Shown here: piece after piece, positions 39,318 through 49,230 of the stretch
How positions within the stretch are numbered: position 1 is the stretch's first letter
How the letters are laid out: every line of letters begins with the position of its first letter
Virus record (IMG/VR): IMGVR_UViG_3300002839_000259
Reading direction: 5' to 3' (one strand)
From: an uncultured virus (IMG/VR IMGVR_UViG_3300002839_000259)
Lineage: Duplodnaviria; Heunggongvirae; Uroviricota; Caudoviricetes
Length of the DNA: 64,000 nucleotides
Notes under the pieces: model-generated
What the model saw: the letters and a program-made list of their open reading frames with translations, nothing else
Databases searched by the model: none
What the model was told of the DNA's origin: nothing
Program-made: the position numbers and the translations under genes

Positions 39318-39485
39318 ATGAATCAAAGAGAAAAATTGATTGTGTTGTATAATCAGACTGATGATCTTTCCAGCGAAGAAAAAAACAGATTAACTGAATT
39401 GTTTGAATCAACAATTGACACATATCTTGCCGCAAAAGGAGTTAAAATAATTGACAATGAATCAAACAGAGATTGCAACAAATGA
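39318..39485 (+). CDS. 55-aa protein paralogous to the C-terminus of 40227-40637
   Basis: LIVLYNQTDDLSSEEKNRLTELFESTIDTYLAAK vs LIVIFKASDNLSNKDKATLTKQFESTIESYLAAK. Confidence 0.6.
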   Translation: MNQREKLIVLYNQTDDLSSEEKNRLTELFESTIDTYLAAKGVKIIDNESNRDCNK

Positions 39486-39703
39486 TGGAACAAAACTGGC
39501 GTCATCATTTTATGGTGATTGCACGATCGTTAGTCAAAAAATAATTGATGCGCTATGTCGTCAAAACCTGGTCGTAAACTGTTTCATAACAGCTGAAAAT
39601 GAAGCATCTGATTATTGGTTTTATCTGGCTAAGAAAAAAGCTGGACTCGGCAAAAAATATTATGCTGTCAAAAAATAAAATGAGAAAGAAAGTGAGATAA
39701 AAT

Positions 39704-40207
39704 ATGAAACCGAATACTGAAATTATGAACAAACTTCGTGAGCATCTCAATGATAACACGCCGTTGATATTACTTTATGATGCAAAAAACAAGACAAACA
39801 TGCATTTCATTACTGCAACCGACATTGGCCTGTTGATGAACACAGAGGTTTTCACACTAGGTTGTCGCCAGTTAACTGACAAAAACGCAATAACGGGCGC
39901 CACACTAGTGCCAACAACTGATGGCACAGGCTATCGTCAATATTTCAAACTGCATCATGTTATTGGCGATGCTATATCATATGCCAAACTACATTGCAAC
40001 GAAGCACCTGTTTTGATTTTTGATGAATTTGATAAGACAACAGCTGAAATAGCTTCTGCAATATTATCAATCGCACCATCCCGTCGCATCGGACCAACTA
40101 AATTGCCGAATAATCTAAGAATTATTATTGTAGGTGAAGAAAAAGACTGCATTGATAAACCTACATTTGCCAGTGCCGTTTCGCATCACACCTGGCTCAA
40201 AATTTAA
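39704..40207 (+). CDS. Degenerate MoxR/AAA_5-like ATPase domain
   Basis: Walker B LIFDEFDKT and RRIG..KLP.NLRII present; Walker A replaced by YDAKNKT. Confidence 0.6.
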   Translation: MKPNTEIMNKLREHLNDNTPLILLYDAKNKTNMHFITATDIGLLMNTEVFTLGCRQLTDKNAITGATLVPTTDGTGYRQYFKLHHVIGDAISYAKLHCNEAPVLIFDEFDKTTAEIASAILSIAPSRRIGPTKLPNNLRIIIVGEEKDCIDKPTFASAVSHHTWLKI

Positions 40208-40226
40208 AGAAAGCGAGTGTCAACCA

Positions 40227-40637
40227 TTGAAAAGGATATATCGAACCGTTGATATTGTTTCAGACAACCAACAAGATGGCACGCCTTATTGTTTTTGCAC
40301 ACAAGCCGCAGCAACACCAATAGAGAGCGATGATTTGTGCACGCTATATGACTACGTTTGTGAAGCCGAAAAACCAAAAAAAGTGCGCCAAATTGACATT
40401 CGTAGTTTAATTCGCAATGCACCAGATGTGGTACTATCCATCGAAAGTCCTTTCCAGTTACGACGCTTTATTGGTATCAAACAAATTGTTATAGAAACCG
40501 CCGAAAAAGAAGAATTAATCGTGATATTTAAAGCATCTGACAATCTTTCGAATAAAGACAAAGCTACGCTAACTAAACAATTTGAGTCAACGATTGAGTC
40601 ATACCTTGCCGCAAAAACAGCAGAAATTAAAAAATAA
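40227..40637 (+). CDS. Hypothetical protein
   Basis: TTG start after AGAAAGCGAG. Confidence 0.55.
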   Translation: MKRIYRTVDIVSDNQQDGTPYCFCTQAAATPIESDDLCTLYDYVCEAEKPKKVRQIDIRSLIRNAPDVVLSIESPFQLRRFIGIKQIVIETAEKEELIVIFKASDNLSNKDKATLTKQFESTIESYLAAKTAEIKK

Positions 40638-40658
40638 AATACGAAAGTGAGAAACAAA

Positions 40659-40886
40659 ATGCCAACTATTGAAATCGACGACAAACAAGCTATTTGCAAT
40701 TTATTATTAACAACATTACAAGCCACCAGGGCCCATCAAAATCTTAAATCACTGTCCTATCAAATGCACGAAAACAACGATGAAACAGTTACCGCCAGTT
40801 TCGAAAATCAGTCAAATATTACAATTAACGTCAGCTGTGACAGTGGTATTGCCCTGATTCGTGACGTTATTGCCGGAATTAATTAA
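40659..40886 (+). CDS. Hypothetical protein
   Basis: EIDDKQAICNLL..TLQATRA...INVSCDSGIALIRDV. Confidence 0.65.
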   Translation: MPTIEIDDKQAICNLLLTTLQATRAHQNLKSLSYQMHENNDETVTASFENQSNITINVSCDSGIALIRDVIAGIN

Positions 40887-40906
40887 AAAGAAAGCGAGAA
40901 AAAAAT

Positions 40907-41459
40907 ATGATCGAATATTGGTACAAATTGGAATTCAGCAAAGATACTGATTGTAAAATGTCAAATGATGACATCAATAATGAATTGATCAAACTCTTAG
41001 CAACAACAAGCAGTCTGCTGGTCCACACCGGGACGAAATTAATCTGAAGATTGGATCAACTGGGAAACGATGATTCCCGATCTCAGCAGAATCAGTCAGA
41101 AATTACCTGGCGTGCTGATTACTGTCACCTGTGAAGATGACGACACCGATTACCGTGGTTCTTCCGGAGAATTTAAGCGTCATTATTTCAAAAACGGCGA
41201 CGTACAGACCGTCAATGGCATGATTAGCTATCCAGGATACCTAGGTGAAACACAAAAACTGATTGACGATTATGTCAAAAACGACGAAGAACAGTTGTTA
41301 CAACTTCAATTAACCATTCTCAAATGCCACAAAAACTGATTGACGATTATGTCAAAAACGACGAAGAACAGTTGTTACAACTTCAATTAACCATTCTCAA
41401 ATGCCACAAAGACGAATTCGATCGAAAATTGAAGCTGAATCTGTCAAAACAGCCATTAA
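40907..41459 (+). pseudogene. Frameshifted paralog of 30117-30788 with a 77-bp tandem duplication
   Basis: MIEYWYKLEFSKDTDCK...GTK / frameshift / SEDWINWETMIPDLSRISQKLPGV; duplicated unit 41251-41327 = 41328-41404. Confidence 0.8.
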
Positions 41460-41480
41460 ACATTGAAAGTGAGAAAAAAT

Positions 41481-42041
41481 ATGAATCAAACTAATATGAT
41501 TGCCGTCAAATTTTCAGAATATGAAAAACACGGCTGTGTTAATTGCGGGTGTGATTATAACAGCGTTGATGCGTGTCGAACCGGATCAACGATTCCCGTA
41601 ATCTGCAATGAATGTGATACACATTTTGTAATTTTATCCGATGACCTTACGCATTCGGCGATAAGTTTCGGTGAAGAACGATTCACGCCTCAATTACAGA
41701 CACATCCCCGCCTTGGCATTCCCAAACATGAGTACGTCAGACCCGACATCCGACCCGAAACTGAAGGAGACTTCTGGGCACCAAGAGGCATTGGCTATGA
41801 TTTGAGTGGCTTCGTGAAATCAAAAGAAGCAGGCGCACGGATCATCGATATGGTTCGCACTATTATTGGAAAAGATCCCAAATCCTGGCTGGATTACCGA
41901 CCATCTGAACCCAAATGGATCCAGGTCAAAATTCAGGCATCCGATGACTTTGATTTAGAAACATTGCGTGACTTGTGCAAAGACGATGGAATCATCACAG
42001 AAGCAAAATTAAAACAAGCACTGGTTGCGCAAAACAATTAA
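41481..42041 (+). CDS. Zinc-ribbon hypothetical protein
   Basis: GCVNCGC...CNEC motifs. Confidence 0.7.
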   Translation: MNQTNMIAVKFSEYEKHGCVNCGCDYNSVDACRTGSTIPVICNECDTHFVILSDDLTHSAISFGEERFTPQLQTHPRLGIPKHEYVRPDIRPETEGDFWAPRGIGYDLSGFVKSKEAGARIIDMVRTIIGKDPKSWLDYRPSEPKWIQVKIQASDDFDLETLRDLCKDDGIITEAKLKQALVAQNN

Positions 42042-42060
42042 AATAAGAAAGGTGTTATCT

Positions 42061-42999
42061 ATGACATTTTTAACAAATAAACACGTAAAATGGCTATGTA
42101 TTTTGATAAGTTTTGTATTAATTCTCTGTTTGACAGGTTGTTCAAGCCTTGTCACTTCATCAAAAACTGACAAGCATGCACCAAGCGATTCTGCTAATAC
42201 GCCAGTTGCGACAACACCTGTCACAGGTGAATTAAAAGTGCATTTTATTGATGTTGGCCAAGCAGATTGCATTCTGATTCAGCAGGGAAATGCGAACATG
42301 CTCATCGATGCCGGCAACAACGAAGACAGCCAAACCATTAAAAATTATTTAGACATCAATGGCATCACAGTCCTTGATGTTATCATTGGCACACACACTC
42401 ACGAAGATCATATTGGCAGCTTAAATATGATACTGAACACATTCCCGGTGGGAAAAATATACTTCCCTAAACAGACAACAACGACCAAAACATTCAAAGA
42501 TTTTGTGACAGCCGTTAAAGATAATAATCTGTCACTAACAGCACCCACCGTTGGCGATTCATTTAGCATCGGCGATGCAACAGTTACGATCTTAGCACCC
42601 AATGGCACAAAATATGACGATGCAAATGATTATTCAATTGTTACAAAAATCACCTTTGGTGATACATCATTTTTATTAACAGGCGATGCTGAAGCCGCTT
42701 CAGAAAAAGAAATGCTCGCCAGTGGTGTGGATTTATCAGCAACGGTATTGAAAGTCGGCCACCACGGTTCAAAAACATCAAGCAGCGAGAAATTTATCAA
42801 TAAAGTGGATCCCAAATATGCCGTAATAAGTGTCGGAGCAGACAATTCGTATAACCACCCTGCCAATGAAACTATGCAACGTTTAGAAGCAAACGGCATA
42901 CCCGTTTACCGCACCGATGAGAATGGCACAATTGTTGCATCAAGCGATGGAACTAACGTAACATTTAATACGAATCCTGGCGATTATACTGGACGATAA
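42061..42999 (+). CDS. ComEC/Rec2-like metallo-beta-lactamase-fold lipoprotein (probable nuclease)
   Basis: Lipobox LTGC; FIDVGQAD, THTHEDHIG, TGDAE, KVGHHGS, YNHP, RTDENGTI. Confidence 0.9.
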   Translation: MTFLTNKHVKWLCILISFVLILCLTGCSSLVTSSKTDKHAPSDSANTPVATTPVTGELKVHFIDVGQADCILIQQGNANMLIDAGNNEDSQTIKNYLDINGITVLDVIIGTHTHEDHIGSLNMILNTFPVGKIYFPKQTTTTKTFKDFVTAVKDNNLSLTAPTVGDSFSIGDATVTILAPNGTKYDDANDYSIVTKITFGDTSFLLTGDAEAASEKEMLASGVDLSATVLKVGHHGSKTSSSEKFINKVDPKYAVISVGADNSYNHPANETMQRLEANGIPVYRTDENGTIVASSDGTNVTFNTNPGDYTGR

Positions 43000-43054
43000 A
43001 AAACCGAATTTATTTCAAATATAATCGAAAGATTTTAAAATAAGGAGAAATAAA

Positions 43055-43258
43055 ATGAAATATCGAACATATAAAAATATGGAAAGAGCTACTCAAATGA
43101 TCTTTGATAAGGGTTATACGTGGGAGGAAGCTAATAAAATGGCAATCAATATTTTTGATAGTTATGATCCGAAAGGGCTGTCAATTGAAGGTCATATTTC
43201 TAAAATATTATCGAAAGAAGCGTGGATAAAAGAAACAAAAGAAGGGTTGTGGACATAA
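43055..43258 (+). CDS. Hypothetical protein
   Basis: 67 aa, AAGGAG RBS. Confidence 0.65.
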   Translation: MKYRTYKNMERATQMIFDKGYTWEEANKMAINIFDSYDPKGLSIEGHISKILSKEAWIKETKEGLWT

Positions 43259-43470
43259 TGCACGTAATTATTGATCGATTTGAAGGTAATTTTGCCGTAT
43301 GTGAAAAAGATGATCGGAAAATGATTAACATTGATCGATTAAGACTTCCTCCGGAAGCTGAAGAAGGTGATGTTCTGGTCATAAACGGTAATGCGATTAC
43401 CATTGATTTAGACGAAACCATAAAACGAAAAGAAGAAATAGCCGATCTTACCAAAAATTTATGGCAATAG
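43258..43470 (+). CDS. DUF3006 family protein
   Basis: IIDRFEGNFAVCE...LPPEAEEGDVL. Confidence 0.85.
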   Translation: MHVIIDRFEGNFAVCEKDDRKMINIDRLRLPPEAEEGDVLVINGNAITIDLDETIKRKEEIADLTKNLWQ

Positions 43471-43505
43471 TGTAAAATTCAATATGAGAAAGTGAGATCA
43501 GATCA

Positions 43506-43865
43506 TTGAAAAATTATGTAATACCTTTTTTTGTAATTGTGTTTGCCCTGATAATCGGATTAACCGGTTTTCTAGCAATCGATTATTTTTTCGGAACGGA
43601 TTTTATTCAAATCAGCCATGATGTAGACACTGAGACGAAAATAGAAACAACAGCTGAACCCGATCGATTTATCGAAATCAGCACAGAATTAATAAACGAC
43701 ACCCGATGCCGAATTGTCGTCGATCGCGAAACCCGCGTCGAATACATCATGGGTGATTATATGGGTGGTGGATCAATCAATCGCATTACGTTTGCGACAC
43801 CCTTGATTGATGCAAACGGCTCGCCGTTATTATACAATGGCGACCTGAATGCCACTGCAAAGTGA
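43506..43865 (+). CDS. Membrane-anchored phage-like hypothetical protein
   Basis: N-terminal TM; IVVDRETRVEY...TPLIDANGSPLLY. Confidence 0.7.
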   Translation: MKNYVIPFFVIVFALIIGLTGFLAIDYFFGTDFIQISHDVDTETKIETTAEPDRFIEISTELINDTRCRIVVDRETRVEYIMGDYMGGGSINRITFATPLIDANGSPLLYNGDLNATAK

Positions 43866-44289
43866 ATTAATAAAAAATAAAAAAATAACGCAACAGTGCG
43901 CCAAATATGCCAAATCTATTGAATTATCAGCAGATTATTAATAAAACATTAAATAAATGTGTTGTAAATTTTAAAAAAATAATATATAATGCGCTCAACA
44001 ATTAAATAAATAAAAAAAAGCCCCTCGCAAGAAAATATGATTTGACGATCATACAACTTGTATATTCCACTTAATGCCTCACCGCACTAAGAAGAACTTG
44101 AGAACGCTTTTCGATATCCTTATTATAACAAATAAGGAATTGAAACACAAGCATTTTTTAGCACTTTTTCTGTCTGCGCGACATTGAGGGTGCTTTTTTA
44201 TTGCTATTCTAAGCTATTCTTAAGCAATTATGAAATAAATAAGAATGAGGACTTGTCTACCCATGCAGAAAATAGGCACGGTATATGCG

Positions 44290-44478
44290 TATCAGAGGTG
44301 CACTAGAAACCACTTCTCCATGTTTCGTCAATGGGTTTACAACTTAACCATAAAATAAGTTGGGTAAAGGATCGCCGGTGTGGTGACTTCTCAAGATACG
44401 CAGCCTGCGTGTCGCTGGCCATGGACGGTGAATGGTATGGTAAACGGGATTTGATGATGTTTCTAGTGCAGACTGGTG
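44290..44478 (+). ncRNA. Candidate multi-branched structured RNA upstream of tnpB
   Basis: Perfect 12-bp closing stem TGCACTAGAAAC/GTTTCTAGTGCA with several internal helices; no credible ORF. Confidence 0.5.
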
Positions 44479-44709
44479 TAAGAACTCAAAGCATATTGAT
44501 CAAAAATTAACCCTATTCTAGGGATAATTGCGCCTTAATGTTGGCGAATCTAAAGCATATTGATTTATCAGATAACGTCACAAAACACCTCGCTTCAGCC
44601 ATGGAAAAGGTCAAAAGCTACACACAAATATCAGGGGAGAAACTCAAACTTGATAAAAAAATTATCGATGCAAACACTTCATTATTCAGAAAGGATGGTC
44701 ATCAATCAA

Positions 44710-46149
44710 ATGAAAGCGTTACAGAAGAAAACAATGCAGAAAAAGACCATCAGGCAAGTTAGCCAAACTGCTCTGGATGCGTATTCCATGGCTCAATTCC
44801 AAGCGATTGCCAACCGGTATGCCTCCGTCAAAAACTATGTGGCGTCCCGTTACAACGGTCCGAAAAGTCTGGTGTTACTTACGCGTTATCGCCAGACGAT
44901 AAGACCAGAGCTTAACCATTCGGATTTTTCCGAAAACTGCGGACTGTCAACAAGGTACTGGCAACTGGCGCTCGATGAAGCCATCGCAGGCATTAAAGCA
45001 GAATGGTCCAACACCAAAAATCGTGTCCGACAGGCTGTTCGATTAAATAATAACCTTTCTGAAAACGAAAAGCACTATATTAATTTTGTGTTGCATTGGA
45101 ATGATGTGTTATCAGCTATCTGTTGTTATCACGATTTTGTCGCACCCGATAAACTGCCGGATATCGGCAATCGGGAACACGCCATTCACAATTTAACAAG
45201 GCGTTATGTCCGTCGCTACAAAGGTCATGCATCCATTGCTAAAAAGAAACGCAGTTTCATGATTGACAGCAGTATGTATCGCTATCAAAACGGTCAGATT
45301 GAAATTGCCGGGTTGATATCCGGCAAGCGCCTGCGTATCCCGCTGACTGATAAAAATAAACACAAAGGCGTGCTCCGAGTCGTTCTGCTATCCGATGGTC
45401 GCCTAGAAATTCATAAGTGCAAGAGCGTCCGGTGTAATACTTTATTATCTAAAACCAAGAAAAACGAGCGTATACTAGCCATTGACAAAGGTTACACCAG
45501 TCTGTTTGCGACCAACACCGATCGCGAATATGGCATGACATTGGGTGTCCTCCTGAGTGCTGAAACCGAACGTCTTAATGTTAAAAATAAACGGCGTAAT
45601 GCAATTTGGGCACAGATGCACACGCTTGAACAAACAGGTGACCACGTAAAGGCCAATCGCATTCGTGATAACAACTTTGGCTATCTCAAATACAATCATC
45701 AGAAAAGACAACATAACGAACAGCTCATTAATTTAATCAATCATAGTATCCGTGCGATGCTTTTAATCGAACAGCCCAACCGGGTGATCGTTGAAGAACT
45801 TAATTTTAACAGCTGGTCAAGAAAGATGCCGAAACACATCAAGCGCAACTTATCGCGCTGGGTCAAGGGTGTGATTCAAACAAGGATTGATTATATTTGT
45901 GAGAGTTACAACATTCCGATTGAAAAAGTCAATCCGGCGCACACGTCGCAGATCTGCTGCAAGTGTGGCAAGTTCGGCAAACGTGTCGGCAAAACTTTTA
46001 CCTGTCCGACCTGCGGCCGGAGCGACGCCGATATCAACGCGGCGCATAATATTCACGATCGCTATTTTGATAAAGAAATTAATCCATACACGCCATATCA
46101 ACAAGTCAAAGTCATTTTGCAGAAACGGTTGCTGACAACCGCCGCCTGA
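44710..46149 (+). CDS. tnpB: Large TnpB (~480 aa), IS607-like clade suspected
   Basis: RuvC-I LAIDKG, RuvC-II VIVEEL, VNPAHTSQICCKC..CPTC, RuvC-III DADINAAHNI. Confidence 0.9.
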   Translation: MKALQKKTMQKKTIRQVSQTALDAYSMAQFQAIANRYASVKNYVASRYNGPKSLVLLTRYRQTIRPELNHSDFSENCGLSTRYWQLALDEAIAGIKAEWSNTKNRVRQAVRLNNNLSENEKHYINFVLHWNDVLSAICCYHDFVAPDKLPDIGNREHAIHNLTRRYVRRYKGHASIAKKKRSFMIDSSMYRYQNGQIEIAGLISGKRLRIPLTDKNKHKGVLRVVLLSDGRLEIHKCKSVRCNTLLSKTKKNERILAIDKGYTSLFATNTDREYGMTLGVLLSAETERLNVKNKRRNAIWAQMHTLEQTGDHVKANRIRDNNFGYLKYNHQKRQHNEQLINLINHSIRAMLLIEQPNRVIVEELNFNSWSRKMPKHIKRNLSRWVKGVIQTRIDYICESYNIPIEKVNPAHTSQICCKCGKFGKRVGKTFTCPTCGRSDADINAAHNIHDRYFDKEINPYTPYQQVKVILQKRLLTTAA

Positions 46150-46455
46150 TTTATATTAAATAAAAAATTAACACCGGCATCACAAGACCTGTTGTTTGCT
46201 TTCACAGGAATAATAAGGCTTTACGCTTAACAGCGGGGTGCCACCTTTTGATTTTGCGTGTTGCGACACTTGTTGTGACACCGCAACACACGGTTGTTTG
46301 AAGACGCGTGGACGCCCGGAGAACTTTTCCGGTCACGAAACTTGTCACGGGACCAACCACGACCGATTTAATCGGAGCGAATTATTATTAAAAAATGTTA
46401 GATTTTAGCAGGTTTAATGAACCCGATAGTGACCGCAAGTTTTAATGAGCCGCAA
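46150..46455 (+). ncRNA. Predicted omegaRNA / right end of the second TnpB element (boundaries uncertain)
   Basis: GC-rich hairpins (GTGTTGCG...CGCAACAC, CCGGAGAACTTTTCCGG, CCGATTTAATCGG) directly after tnpB. Confidence 0.6.
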
Positions 46456-46623
46456 CATTTTAGTTAGGTTGCACCTAACTACCTTTTCAGGGATAACTCT
46501 GCCCATTTCTTCCATGCTTCTCTCCTGTTCTAGCAATTGATTTTCAACACAAACGTTGGTGTAATCAAAAAGAGAGATAATGTTAAAATTTTAAATAAAA
46601 TCTAATCTAAATCAAAAAAATAT

Positions 46624-46878
46624 ATGAAATTAGAAAGGAATCAAATTATATCAAAGCCAAAGAAAAACAACCGATCAATACTCAGCTGCACCTATGAGGT
46701 TCTAAAAGTGTCTGTTTCCGGAACCAAAGCATTAATTGTAAACCTGGCTGATCCACCAGAATACTTTGTCGTCGAAGGCTTTGATGCCGACGCATTTGAC
46801 TGGAATTTTGGTCCCTATAGCAGCAATGACAAGGGTGATGCACATCGATATTTTAATGACCATGCCGCAAAAAAATAA
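46624..46878 (+). CDS. Hypothetical protein (start uncertain)
   Basis: ORF followed by terminator 46954-46990. Confidence 0.5.
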   Translation: MKLERNQIISKPKKNNRSILSCTYEVLKVSVSGTKALIVNLADPPEYFVVEGFDADAFDWNFGPYSSNDKGDAHRYFNDHAAKK

Positions 46879-47004
46879 ATAAATAAAAGGAGAAACAGAG
46901 AAACAACTGAACCACATTATCTTGTCGGTCAAAAACAAGTATAAGAAATAAGCAGGACAACACTCTGATCAAGATGTGTTGTCTTTTTTTGCATACAATA
47001 ATGA

Positions 47005-47025
47005 GCAATCGCAGATTGCCGGTGG
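47005..47025 (+). promoter_or_regulatory. Hairpin-CG motif (GCAATC family)
   Basis: GCAATC-GCA-GATTGC-CGGTGG after a terminator. Confidence 0.8.
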
Positions 47026-47313
47026 CGACTACAAACTATTAAAAAAGTGATGAGCCTATTCTTAGCGAAAGGATGTTTTCAAAATGAAACAATTCAAATT
47101 ATACAGCGATAACGGTAACTTACTGGCCTTTTTCATGAGTGACAATATAAACGAATCACGTGCCTATTTTAAGCAGTTGTTTCCAAAATTAACCAATGGT
47201 GTGATTATGTGCGTCAGCGACAACAATGCAAATGATTTTTGATCAAAATTGACTGATATAACAGCAATAAATACAAAAACATGATATAATATATCTAAGA
47301 AAGTGGTGTCACA

Positions 47314-47793
47314 ATGGGTCGTGGAAATGTGAGTGTGCAAGGCGAACACGAAGGTCTATTTTATATTGACTTAAATAATTTTTCCAGTCAATATAAAGAC
47401 GAAGAAGGTAATATGGTCGACGATTATGAGATACAAAACGAAGAATTGCAAACATCTCTGGGATTTTTCAAAGAATGTTTTATCAAAAAATATCCGTCAT
47501 TTACACTGTGTGATGAGTGGCTGGATCAGGAAACACACGCAGTATTAGAAAATGATGCATTTAACATCACTATCAGTGATAATGAATGGAGCATAGCTAT
47601 TTTATTACTGCAAAAAGAACCAGATGATTACCAACCTGGTAAAATTCTCGGTCAGCAAAAACGATTCTCAAAAATTTATTTAAATGGCATGAAAACCTGC
47701 CTGTTTCAACAATTTAAAGAAATTGGCGTTTACGGCGGTCCATGGACCCATGGTATGATTCGACGCGATGATACCAACACTGTTGCGGCGTAA
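47314..47793 (+). CDS. Hypothetical protein
   Basis: MGRGNV...EGLFYID...DNEWSIAI.LLQKE...G.WT.G. Confidence 0.75.
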   Translation: MGRGNVSVQGEHEGLFYIDLNNFSSQYKDEEGNMVDDYEIQNEELQTSLGFFKECFIKKYPSFTLCDEWLDQETHAVLENDAFNITISDNEWSIAILLLQKEPDDYQPGKILGQQKRFSKIYLNGMKTCLFQQFKEIGVYGGPWTHGMIRRDDTNTVAA

Positions 47794-47841
47794 AAACCGG
47801 CATTGATTAAACTTTTACTGTGAAAAGGGGATCCAACTAAA

Positions 47842-48135
47842 ATGGATATTCATTTAATTTTAAGCTCCATCGGCATGATAACGGCTGTTGTACTGGTCGC
47901 TATAACATTATATTTGCAAAAACGCAACAATTTCAAAACAACCAAAGTCCGAATGATATTGCATATACTCGTTATTGCATTGTGTCTCTTTTCAGTGGCT
48001 CAAATAAAAATAATGAATGCCCAAAAACAGACGCAGAGCAGCAATGAACAGACTTTTGTCAATGCTTGTGTGATTGAATTTCAACCCACAGTAAAAAGCG
48101 CGACTGATGATCAAACCATCAATATGACAAATTAA
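47842..48135 (+). CDS. Two-TM membrane protein
   Basis: Two hydrophobic segments. Confidence 0.6.
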   Translation: MDIHLILSSIGMITAVVLVAITLYLQKRNNFKTTKVRMILHILVIALCLFSVAQIKIMNAQKQTQSSNEQTFVNACVIEFQPTVKSATDDQTINMTN

Positions 48136-48171
48136 TTAAAAATCTGATAAAAAAGAAAGAAGAACTAAAAT

Positions 48172-48924
48172 ATGATCGAAACAAAATTAAAAACCATCAG
48201 CGTAACCCAGAAATGCCATGACTGCGGACAGGAATTTAATGTCAAATATACGTCCACAGGGTATTATGAATACACAGAAATCCCCTGTGACTGTGAGGAT
48301 AATTTTTCGCCGATTAATGGCCAACCCAGCATTGAACAATGGCTGGCGCAATTAGCCATAGAAAATAATAATCCTGAAAAACAGATAAACCATTATCCCG
48401 CAATTATCAAAAATTGCAGCAACTGCCGTGTCGCATGTGCGATTAACGTTCCAATATGCAATGCCGACGGACGATACGTCTGTGACGAACACGAGCTGAC
48501 TGATATTAAACCAATTGTTTATATTGCATCGGCCCTGCGTGGCGACATCAAGAACAATTTAATCAAAGCTGGTATTTACACCAGGCTGGCCATTAATTCA
48601 CAGGTTTTGCCAATTACACCACATCTCAATTGGGCTGCGATTTTTAACGACCTGATTATCGAAGAACGCATTCTTGGTATGAGCACCGGTGCCGAATTTT
48701 TATTAAAATGTGCAGCTATATGGGTGTTCGGATTTATTTCAGATGGCGTCCAGGGAGAAATCGACTTAGCACTGCAACACGGTATTCCTGTTTATCTGAT
48801 TGATCATGAGGCGTTGCTGACAATTTCTTCAGATGTCAACACCATTGAAAAAATTGCTAAGTCCGGTCTTTTTCCGGATGAAAAACCATATTCTAATGTC
48901 GAATGCTCCGGACAATACTATTAA
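48172..48924 (+). CDS. Zn-finger plus nucleoside-deoxyribosyltransferase-like (DUF4406-type) domain protein
   Basis: VYIASALRGD...PITPHL...C.AIWVFG.ISDGV..EI..A...GIPV. Confidence 0.7.
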   Translation: MIETKLKTISVTQKCHDCGQEFNVKYTSTGYYEYTEIPCDCEDNFSPINGQPSIEQWLAQLAIENNNPEKQINHYPAIIKNCSNCRVACAINVPICNADGRYVCDEHELTDIKPIVYIASALRGDIKNNLIKAGIYTRLAINSQVLPITPHLNWAAIFNDLIIEERILGMSTGAEFLLKCAAIWVFGFISDGVQGEIDLALQHGIPVYLIDHEALLTISSDVNTIEKIAKSGLFPDEKPYSNVECSGQYY

Positions 48925-48954
48925 GATGACATTGTCTTATTTCTGATGAATAGC

Positions 48955-48977
48955 GCAATCACTGTGATTGCCGAGTG
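48955..48977 (+). promoter_or_regulatory. Hairpin-CG motif (GCAATC family)
   Basis: GCAATC-ACTGT-GATTGC-CGAGTG. Confidence 0.75.
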
Positions 48978-49230
48978 TGTTAGATGAGATACCAAACGAC
49001 TATTAATGATAAACGTTGATATCTCATCATTATTTAAAAAATTAAACAATGCAATGACGCTAAAGATATGTCGCTGGTGCTTGAAAAAATGATAAGCGAC
49101 AGCGATTACACCTGGTGCGATGAAGAAAATCGATACGAATGCAACGTAGACGGATACGCATGTCAATCGTGTATATGTGTCAAACTTCTTGCAGAACATC
49201 ATTAGAAATTAATAGAAAGAAGGTCAAAAA

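Noticed and set aside
41251..41410. CRISPR array
   Set aside because: Two abutting identical 77-bp units with no spacer, inside a pseudogene.
44246..44762. Intact IS607 serine-recombinase tnpA
   Set aside because: Only short ORFs with weak resemblance (TVYAYQRCT); no continuous frame or catalytic RVS motif.
46446..46500. Group II intron domain V (GAGCCG...)
   Set aside because: No complementary 3' arm and no reverse transcriptase gene.
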